From contig CAYJEC010000001.1 of NCBI GenBank assembly GCA_964369025.1, forward strand, positions 1-41,778: a DNA stretch of 41,778 bases. The letters are read 5' to 3'. Source of the stretch: an uncultured Ideonella sp. GTDB lineage: Bacteria; Pseudomonadota; Gammaproteobacteria; Burkholderiales; Burkholderiaceae_C. The notes beneath the pieces are model-generated. The model saw only the letters and a list, made by a program, of their open reading frames with translations, did not search any database and was not told the origin of the DNA. Shown piece after piece: positions 34,858-41,778 of this stretch (the stretch's first letter is position 1; each line of letters begins with the position of its first letter). A program made the translations under genes and the position numbers.

Positions 34858-36755
34858 TGTTGTTTTCTCCTTACTATTATCTGATTCCAGCTATGCCTAC
34901 ATGAAGGTAAATTAATATCTATTACGGGGTCGTGATACCAACCGCCTTTATACCTCCATACGCTCTCATTAAAGCCTTCTGTATGTGCTTCATTCTGCAT
35001 ATTCTCTATCTCTGCTCTTGTATAAAGTTTGTTAGCATTCATTAGCTGTTTACAAAAGTCTCTAGTATGTGAATCGTTTGGCCCAACATACTGCCACTTA
35101 GTATAAAGTTCAATTGCTTTAGGTTCGTTAATGTCTTGAACATCTACTACTACCTCTCCTCCTCTTTCAATGTATTTTACTGAAAGGATATTTTTTGCAT
35201 TTAAATTGTCAAGTACTTTGTATAGTTCGTTTTCTGTAATTCCTAAAATAGAAACAAGTTTGTTTAGTGGAATCTTTTTATTTTTCTTGAGTTCAGAAAC
35301 TATCTTATCTTCTAAGGACTGATCTACAAACTCATCATACTTATCTCCTAATTTAACAACTTCAAAAAGATTAGCATCTTCACCTATTGACATAAACTTA
35401 TTTAGAATGTAGTCATCCTGAAACTTCATGAACATTTTAGATTGTTGGATAGGCATAGGAGGAACTACAGTTTGAGGGAGTAATTTAGGTTGTGAAAGTC
35501 CTAGTTTATCGTAAACCAAATCTTTTAAAGACTGAGGGTCTAGTACTCTACTTATCAAATCACTTGTTATCTCCATTCCGATAGGGTCAAGGACTACCAA
35601 TTCTAAAGGATTACCCATAAACCCATAAAGAGTTAAAAGATAATTCATATCCTCCTCCTCCTCTTGTTGTTTAGGTAGTACATAGGTATTACAAAAGTGT
35701 TCCCATGCTAAGTCAAATTCTGAACGACCTCCACCTAATTCCCCTGGTGTTTTAATCCCAAATAATAACCCATTACTTACCCTATGGCCTTGTAATGTTT
35801 TATTGATTACATCTTTTGAAAGTTGCTCATACTGTTTATCAAGTTCATTAGAACGTAAAGGAGAAACTACCGGAGGGTTAGTTCCTGGGTTCTGAAAGTT
35901 CATTATTACCTCACCCGCATTATCAGTACCGGTAAACTTTTCTTTAAAGTCTCTGTCTAATTGTCTTTGCTCCTCCTCATTTTCTGCAATAGCCCCATTA
36001 AAAAATGTTACCATTGTACCTGCTGCAAATCCACTCTTAACGTTATTAAGGTGAAAGAATCCGCACTCTATGTCTGTCTCAATAGAAGTCTTTGCCGGTT
36101 CGTATTCAGGCAATGGGTAAATATCTGTTGCGGGGTTATCTTCTTTAATGAATAGAATCTGTTTACCCGTTTTTACTTTTAGATCGAAAGCATCATACTC
36201 GATAGTTCCTTCAGGTAATTTAGTACTTCCTACGTTTCTCCATCTGCTTTTAACAGACATCTCCCGTGTCCAGTTCTTACTAACATAGAATTTAGATAAG
36301 TCCTCATTTACTCTTACCGTGTTATAAGGTTGTAAGCTGATTGAAATAGGCTTTTTACTTACTCCCGCACCCCAATCGATAAGGTAATAAGCCCCTCCGT
36401 ATAAGGTTTTTTCAAAGATTTTCTTCTTTGTGAGTTCATCTACGGTCTGATAACCGTTAATATTAGCCATTAAAGCCTCTAATCTTACCCTATCACCTGT
36501 CCAATCTTCTTTAATTTTAAACCCTTTCCCATAGATATACTTAGATTTACCTTGTACAATTGCACTATGTATGCCTGAATTGTTGTATAAATAGGCTAAA
36601 TAATCAGGGTAATCGTTCCTTCTACCGCATGGAATAAAGGGAGTATTAGGCAAAGCCCTGAACACCGGTGTCTCGTTTGAATACAACGGGTATTTAGACA
36701 TATTATATGCCTTCGGTTTAACTTTCGTAGACTGCCCTTGCGGTTGTTGTTCCAT
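34854..36755 (-). CDS. Portal protein with C-terminal MuF-like extension
   Basis: NDYPDYL..LYNNS.IH.AIV, YPLPEY, NNVKSGF, FTGTDNAG; C-terminal RDFC...YKGG...CRHSW. Confidence 0.85.
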   Translation of the reverse strand: MEQQPQGQSTKVKPKAYNMSKYPLYSNETPVFRALPNTPFIPCGRRNDYPDYLAYLYNNSGIHSAIVQGKSKYIYGKGFKIKEDWTGDRVRLEALMANINGYQTVDELTKKKIFEKTLYGGAYYLIDWGAGVSKKPISISLQPYNTVRVNEDLSKFYVSKNWTREMSVKSRWRNVGSTKLPEGTIEYDAFDLKVKTGKQILFIKEDNPATDIYPLPEYEPAKTSIETDIECGFFHLNNVKSGFAAGTMVTFFNGAIAENEEEQRQLDRDFKEKFTGTDNAGEVIMNFQNPGTNPPVVSPLRSNELDKQYEQLSKDVINKTLQGHRVSNGLLFGIKTPGELGGGRSEFDLAWEHFCNTYVLPKQQEEEEDMNYLLTLYGFMGNPLELVVLDPIGMEITSDLISRVLDPQSLKDLVYDKLGLSQPKLLPQTVVPPMPIQQSKMFMKFQDDYILNKFMSIGEDANLFEVVKLGDKYDEFVDQSLEDKIVSELKKNKKIPLNKLVSILGITENELYKVLDNLNAKNILSVKYIERGGEVVVDVQDINEPKAIELYTKWQYVGPNDSHTRDFCKQLMNANKLYTRAEIENMQNEAHTEGFNESVWRYKGGWYHDPVIDINLPSCRHSWNQIIVRRKQQ

Positions 36756-37116
36756 TGTATTCTGTTGGTGTATCTAAAACTTTGTCGTATGTCATCATTC
36801 CTATCTCTACCGTTTCATCTGCTAATGCAGGGTCTAGGTTAGTTGTTGATGTTTGAGCGTAAACCCTGTAAGTGTATTCGTCCCCTATTGTCAATTGAAT
36901 CTCCCCACTCAAAGGGACTGCTACCCCTGTCTTAACGATTATCACAAACCTATTGTACCTTTCTGTATAAGCACTTATATCCTGTGAAATACAATAGACT
37001 GAACCTTTACTTTGATTGCCGGTAAACTGAAACAAATAGGTAGGATTAGCAATAGTAGTTTTTTCCGTTAAGGTTAAATCTACTTTACTGTTAGTCCCTA
37101 ATGTTAATCGTATCAC
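36718..37116 (-). CDS. Structural protein (likely GTG start, VIRLTLG)
   Basis: LTLTEK...YLFQF...RYN.F...Y.VYAQTS.TNLDP; GTG at 37116 lies just after the late promoter motif. Confidence 0.6.
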   Translation of the reverse strand: MIRLTLGTNSKVDLTLTEKTTIANPTYLFQFTGNQSKGSVYCISQDISAYTERYNRFVIIVKTGVAVPLSGEIQLTIGDEYTYRVYAQTSTTNLDPALADETVEIGMMTYDKVLDTPTEYNGTTTARAVYES

Positions 37117-37121
37117 ATCAT

Positions 37122-37150
37122 TAATATACAAAAAAGTCTTAAAGTGTTAA
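37122..37150 (-). promoter_or_regulatory. Putative phage late promoter (copy B)
   Basis: TTAACA-N14-TGTATATTA. Confidence 0.6.
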
Positions 37151-37179
37151 AAAAAGAAAGGAGGCCATTTAGACCTCCT
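37151..37179 (-). terminator. Intrinsic terminator after the capsid/tail-tube genes
   Basis: AGGAGGTC-taaat-GGCCTCCT followed by TTCTTTTT. Confidence 0.65.
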
Positions 37180-37204
37180 GACTAATCAATATGAACAAAC
37201 AATA

Positions 37205-37723
37205 TTATACTAAGGTATCGACAATATCCTGACTGATTCCATAAGGATATTCCAACTCCTCACCTGTGAAGGTAAGATTGAAACCGTTTAGACTGTTTGC
37301 CTCTTTGCCTGTACCTGATGTTCCGGTTGTAAGGTCTAAACCTCTACCTGAACCATACAGAGAAAGTAAACCGTTATTATCTTTTGCGATAATCATTACC
37401 GGATTTTGAGCAACTATCCTTATTTCATTTCGTTTTGCTACATCGAACTTATCAAGTTGTATCTGAACTGACTGAGAGATAAATCCAGCACCTAAGTTCT
37501 GGTCTCCTCCATTATCAGCCTTAGCCTCTGAAGTGTTCTTACGAAGTTTGTAATTGTAGAATTTTGCACCGCCTGTCATTGCCATTACGGTTACTGACCC
37601 ACTAACTACCGTAAAGGTAGTAGTGTTCAGCGATGCAAGTTCACCTATCCAAATCTCGTCTACTCCTCCCAATGACTTGCGACAGTCAAGGGCGAATCCT
37701 GTTGAAAGTACGCATACGCTCAT
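37205..37723 (-). CDS. Major tail tube protein (probable)
   Basis: C.L..G..LDC..S.GG, DNNG...LYG...GLD...TG......NGF.LTF.G.E; follows the major capsid gene. Confidence 0.65.
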   Translation of the reverse strand: MSVCVLSTGFALDCRKSLGGVDEIWIGELASLNTTTFTVVSGSVTVMAMTGGAKFYNYKLRKNTSEAKADNGGDQNLGAGFISQSVQIQLDKFDVAKRNEIRIVAQNPVMIIAKDNNGLLSLYGSGRGLDLTTGTSGTGKEANSLNGFNLTFTGEELEYPYGISQDIVDTLV

Positions 37724-37725
37724 GG

Positions 37726-38688
37726 TTATACTAATTTAAAGGATACGATTTCAGTTGGCAGTTCTACCTGAGTACCTACTTTGAAGTGAATGTCTACCAT
37801 CATATTCAAGTCAATTGGGTTCTGACGGATATTGAACATTTCATAATCATTCTCTCCATCTGTACCAATAACAAAGTTAGAAGTACGGGCAAGGATGATA
37901 CGATTAGTTCCGTTCAAACCTGGGAGCCTTCTTACTGTCTGTCCTGTACCTGGCAATGTCAATAGACCTGTTTTATAAGGGCCACCGGCAACACCATCAT
38001 AATGGAATAGGTTGGCATTTTTCAAAGCAAGTATCAAAGTATTGAAAGTATCGTTACCTACCATATACTCGATGTCCGGCTTATCTTGGATTGTGATTGG
38101 CAGTACTGCCCACATACCGTCGAAGATTCCGATAACATTTGATGCGGTGATACCCACACCTGTGGTGATTCCGGTAGGGTTACCGTCTACCGTAGATGCT
38201 ACTGCTGCATCTATGATTGCAAGGAAACCATCGTAGAATTGATAGTTACCTGTGCCTGTAGAAAGGTTAGACTGCCACAAAGCGGTCTCCATTGTTTCGG
38301 TCATCAAACCGGTTAGGTATTTAGTCCAGTCAGCTTCAAAGGTAATGTAATTGTAGTTAGCACCTGGGCGCAACGCTCTCTCTGTCCAGAATCCTTCAAG
38401 GTCTCTTTCGCAGAAAGTATTCTGAATTTTAATCTTACCTACTGTGATAGTACGTTTAGAGAAGTAAGTATTACCGGAAGGGTCAAAAGAACAACCGCTT
38501 TCTGTTTGGTAATATAATTGAGTGGTCAGGTAATGTAAATCGTCTGTTGATTTAATACCGGTTTGTTTTTTAAACATTGAACTTGTCGGGCCTTCATAGA
38601 AGGAACGCATGATTAGTTCAAGTGATTGGTCGTTTACTACGGCTGGTAATCCTGAGGTCACCCATCCGAACTTCTGATAATTTGACAT
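37726..38688 (-). CDS. Major capsid protein
   Basis: 320 aa after protease and scaffold; GIKS, GCSF..SG...F..R.I.V..IK....FC..DL pattern. Confidence 0.8.
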   Translation of the reverse strand: MSNYQKFGWVTSGLPAVVNDQSLELIMRSFYEGPTSSMFKKQTGIKSTDDLHYLTTQLYYQTESGCSFDPSGNTYFSKRTITVGKIKIQNTFCERDLEGFWTERALRPGANYNYITFEADWTKYLTGLMTETMETALWQSNLSTGTGNYQFYDGFLAIIDAAVASTVDGNPTGITTGVGITASNVIGIFDGMWAVLPITIQDKPDIEYMVGNDTFNTLILALKNANLFHYDGVAGGPYKTGLLTLPGTGQTVRRLPGLNGTNRIILARTSNFVIGTDGENDYEMFNIRQNPIDLNMMVDIHFKVGTQVELPTEIVSFKLV

Positions 38689-38698
38689 GGTTTATTTT

Positions 38699-39313
38699 TT
38701 AATTATTTTTGTTAATGTTGTTGATTGCTTTTGCAAGTTTCTCTTTTCTGTCCTCTACACTTTGCGCAAACTTTTGCTTAGTGTCGTTTTTAGCTTCCGG
38801 CTTTTCTACTTTAGTCTCAGCAATCAGTTCAAGTGATTCGATAATAGCAGAGAATGATTTTTTAGTAGATTCAATTTCCTCATTGTGCTTATTGGTTAAA
38901 GCCTCAATCTGAGCATTGAACTTAGTTTCTTGTTCTGCTAATGCTGACTGAATAGCTGATAATACAGACTGTTCTGTCATTGGTGCTTCTACAGGGTCGG
39001 GTGTACCGGTTTCAATTTCCTCGATAACACCGTTCATTGTTTTAATGGTAACACCGGTAGATAGTTGGTACTCCCCATCAGGTACTGCGGTATTTAAACC
39101 ACTTGCATCAGGCATGGTCACTGATTCACCTACTGCGATAACACCGGTGATGTTATTGCTACCATCTGCTAACGGAGTGGATTCAGGTGTTACATTTTCG
39201 GTTGGTTCTGCTGCTGCCTTTTCTTCAACTTCTAACTTTACTGCGTTAAATAGTTGAGTATACAACCCTTCGGGAAGTATTTTCTTTAGAGTTTCTAATT
39301 TAATAATTGACAT
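38699..39313 (-). CDS. Capsid scaffolding protein
   Basis: Acidic, VPDGEYQL motif, coiled coil; lies between protease and capsid genes. Confidence 0.7.
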   Translation of the reverse strand: MSIIKLETLKKILPEGLYTQLFNAVKLEVEEKAAAEPTENVTPESTPLADGSNNITGVIAVGESVTMPDASGLNTAVPDGEYQLSTGVTIKTMNGVIEEIETGTPDPVEAPMTEQSVLSAIQSALAEQETKFNAQIEALTNKHNEEIESTKKSFSAIIESLELIAETKVEKPEAKNDTKQKFAQSVEDRKEKLAKAINNINKNN

Positions 39314-39894
39314 TGTAGTAATTTATTTTTAAGTTCTTCATAGACATCTTGAGGGGCGTCCAATAGTTTTATATCGTTAAAATATCCCTCTACTGAAAAT
39401 CCTTTTAGATTGCCTGATTTTATTTCATTGTTCCATACTTCCTCATCATCCACTTTCACAAACCCAAACCATGAACCGTCCGGTAGTTTCTCAAATCCTT
39501 CAGGGGTGTTTATACCTTTGGTAGAATCTATGATGAAGTGTTGCATTAAGAATGCCCCTGACACCTTCGCATCATCGTTATGATTAATGTTAAATGATAA
39601 TGCTTGTTTTGCCCTTGCGTACTTAGTGACTATTTTCTCAATAGACTTAGAAGGAAACGATACATAGAACTCTCTACCGGTTTCATCCCTTCTGTAAATA
39701 GGTTGGTCTGCTACCATTAACGGCCCTGCTACTATTCTTTTTTCAGAATCTACTACCGCAAATTGTTCTTTAACGGCTGCAAAGGCCATCCAATTGCGCT
39801 CTATTGCAGGGTGTTCAACTAAACCAACTGCAAATACTGAGGTTTCATCCTCCGCACTTTCGTCAATATCTAGTATGTATAATGGTAAATCCAT
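39295..39894 (-). CDS. Prohead protease (XkdF-like)
   Basis: LVEHPAIE, KRIVAGP.MV....IYR, NINH, GSWF, KGFSVEGYF. Confidence 0.85.
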   Translation of the reverse strand: MDLPLYILDIDESAEDETSVFAVGLVEHPAIERNWMAFAAVKEQFAVVDSEKRIVAGPLMVADQPIYRRDETGREFYVSFPSKSIEKIVTKYARAKQALSFNINHNDDAKVSGAFLMQHFIIDSTKGINTPEGFEKLPDGSWFGFVKVDDEEVWNNEIKSGNLKGFSVEGYFNDIKLLDAPQDVYEELKNKLLQCQLLN

Positions 39895-39901
39895 TCACCA
39901 T

Positions 39902-39930
39902 TAATATACAAATACACTAAAAGTTGTTAA
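39902..39930 (-). promoter_or_regulatory. Putative phage late promoter (copy C)
   Basis: TTAACA-N14-TGTATATTA, 7 nt before the ATG at 39894. Confidence 0.6.
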
Positions 39931-39938
39931 AAAGGGTC

Positions 39939-41675
39939 TTAAATTAACTCAGCATTAGACTTTATCCTTGCTACCCTACCCTGAGTATCGGTAATATCTT
40001 TCTCCAATACATAGACCTTAGTGCCTCTTTGAGTATCTGAACCGGTTTGACCTTGTGGTATAAACCCTTTTAATGGTGGTGCTTGACCAGTTACTTGATT
40101 GCTACCGCCTGAAGAACTACCTGAAGGACTGCCACCTCCTTGCAATATTCTTTTAGCATTAGCTATGTTTGCTACTATACGAGCAAGTCCTGTAGTGAAT
40201 TGTACTGCACCTGCTACCCCTCCTGTTATTGGGTTATAGATATTGCCTTCTGAGTTCTTTACAAGTGAAGATATAGCAAGGGCGGTATCTGTTGCTATTT
40301 GAGAAAGTGCAAGTATCTTACCTAGTCTTGTGTACTTGTATTGCTCACCCATTGCGAGGGCTGCAATGTTGTTTAGTATATCAAATGAATTTGTGGCTAT
40401 TGCTTGTTTAGCATTCTGTTCATCAGCATAATCTTGTATTCTTTGTTGCCTGTCCTTTTCATCCTCTGCCTCCTGTTGCTTCTTAAAGTCCTTTTCTCTT
40501 TGCCATAACTCTAACTCTGTTTCATAAAGTGCTAAACCTTCTCTTAGTTTTAGATCGACTTTCTCTTTGATTTCTTTTTCAGCAACCTTTTTATTCTCTT
40601 CCGCTTTTTTATCTGCAAAGTCCTTATCTATTTTCTGTATTTGTAACTGATACCCCGCACTTGCATTCCTTAATTCATTTAACTTCTCTTGAACTATTGC
40701 AAGTTCTTCTTCTCCTTTTTGTCTCGTCTTTTCAGGGTCAAAGAAAATATTTGTTACCTTATCTTCAAACCCTTTTTGCAATCCAAAGTTTTTCCCGAAT
40801 GCCTTTCCTATATCGTCAATAGATTTGAGTAATAAAATTATAGGCGCTTCTATAAATCTCAATACCCCTTGAAGTATCTCCTTATTCTTTTTGTCTGATG
40901 CTATCTGGGCCTCTAATACACTTTTCTGTACTAATAATTCTTTTTCACCTTTCTTTATTGTTTCATTAGTTTGAGCAATTTTTAGCTTCAGTATTTCCTT
41001 TTCAGTTAATCCTTGAAGTCTTAATATGTTATCCTGAGTGCCTAATGTTTCGGTCTTCTTAAGACTAATGTCATAATCAGCTTTTGTAGCCTTTTCTAAT
41101 TCCCTAGTCTCATTTGTTATACCTGTAATAGATTCTTTTATATCGTCCCAATAAGATACTAATAAGGCAACACCCGAAATTATAGCACCTATTACTGTTA
41201 CCTTCATTACAGTATTTAGCTTATTCCATGCACCTGCTAATAGCGTTACTGAGGCTGCACTATCCTTATTTAAAGTGTTTGCTACCGCCTGAATACCTGT
41301 TAAGGCGGTCATTGAGGCCTGAAGTTTTACTAAGGTCTTATTTAGTTCTTCATCCTCCTCCCCTACTAATGCGGTGATACCTTGAACGGCTGCAAACCCC
41401 CCGACAATACCCTGAGTTAAACTAATGAACCCGTCTAACTTTCTACTATCACTTGCAAGGTTCTTTACTCTTTGACTTACATCACCTATCCTATCTTGTA
41501 GTTCTCCGGCCTTCTTTGCTGCCTTATCAAAAGCCTCACCGGTTAAAGTACCAGACGCAAGTTCCTCCTTTAAGTTCTTTAATTGTTGTTTTAAAGAAAC
41601 TACTTTTGTCTCAACTTGTTCAACTGAGTTCCCTCCCGTTACAACTAAATCAACTTCTATTTTTGTCTTTGCCAT
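39939..41675 (-). CDS. Tape measure protein
   Basis: Helical, Ala/Lys/Glu-rich, hydrophobic segment, C-terminal KVYVLEKDIT. Confidence 0.75.
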   Translation of the reverse strand: MAKTKIEVDLVVTGGNSVEQVETKVVSLKQQLKNLKEELASGTLTGEAFDKAAKKAGELQDRIGDVSQRVKNLASDSRKLDGFISLTQGIVGGFAAVQGITALVGEEDEELNKTLVKLQASMTALTGIQAVANTLNKDSAASVTLLAGAWNKLNTVMKVTVIGAIISGVALLVSYWDDIKESITGITNETRELEKATKADYDISLKKTETLGTQDNILRLQGLTEKEILKLKIAQTNETIKKGEKELLVQKSVLEAQIASDKKNKEILQGVLRFIEAPIILLLKSIDDIGKAFGKNFGLQKGFEDKVTNIFFDPEKTRQKGEEELAIVQEKLNELRNASAGYQLQIQKIDKDFADKKAEENKKVAEKEIKEKVDLKLREGLALYETELELWQREKDFKKQQEAEDEKDRQQRIQDYADEQNAKQAIATNSFDILNNIAALAMGEQYKYTRLGKILALSQIATDTALAISSLVKNSEGNIYNPITGGVAGAVQFTTGLARIVANIANAKRILQGGGSPSGSSSGGSNQVTGQAPPLKGFIPQGQTGSDTQRGTKVYVLEKDITDTQGRVARIKSNAELI

Positions 41676-41778
41676 TATCTTTCGACTATATTAATCGTTC
41701 CATTCATTGTGGTTGCTGTGGTTGCACTAGCTCTGTATATCCAATTCAATGCTGAACCGTTATAAATCCTTATGCCTG
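41675..41778 (-). CDS. C-terminal fragment of a gene entering from beyond the right edge
   Basis: Open frame GIRIYNGSALNWIYRASATTATTMNGTINIVER* whose TAA overlaps the tape measure ATG. Confidence 0.55.
   Translation of the reverse strand, partial: GIRIYNGSALNWIYRASATTATTMNGTINIVER

Noticed and set aside
5004-41755. Plus-strand ORFs in the track
   Set aside because: All are antisense shadows of well-supported minus-strand genes and have no recognisable motifs.
41700-41778. Exact circular join of position 1 to 41778
   Set aside because: Joining the ends puts the tail gene out of frame (GGC AGG CAT AAG GAT TTA TAA), and I saw no terminal repeat, so some sequence is missing.

Overview
The window is a near-complete, circularly permuted genome of a tailed dsDNA phage. 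Essentially all real genes are on the minus strand. Several TAnnTTTG promoters and a BT4734/VirE-N-type primase point to a Bacteroidota host. Reading in transcription order (right to left): tape measure, head protease, scaffold, major capsid, tail tube, portal, connectors, a 1333-aa virion protein, lysis genes, early genes, HNH plus C5-DNA methyltransferase, replication genes (initiator with iterons, primase-helicase), NinG, a sigma-like factor, a glycosyltransferase cluster, terminases, a frameshifting tail chaperone, a Tad2-like anti-defence gene and tail proteins. I saw no integrase, tRNA or CRISPR array. The most striking signal is in the methyltransferase. Its catalytic motif reads GGFP-TGA-PCQ (CCG TGA CCT TGC), a 6-nt in-frame insert. 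A Pro-to-Pro ribosomal hop over the stop would restore GGFPCQ exactly. The gene also carries a second, overlapping reading frame and lies directly behind an HNH endonuclease, an arrangement reminiscent of T4 mobA/gene 60. All product calls come from motif recognition by eye, with no database searches.
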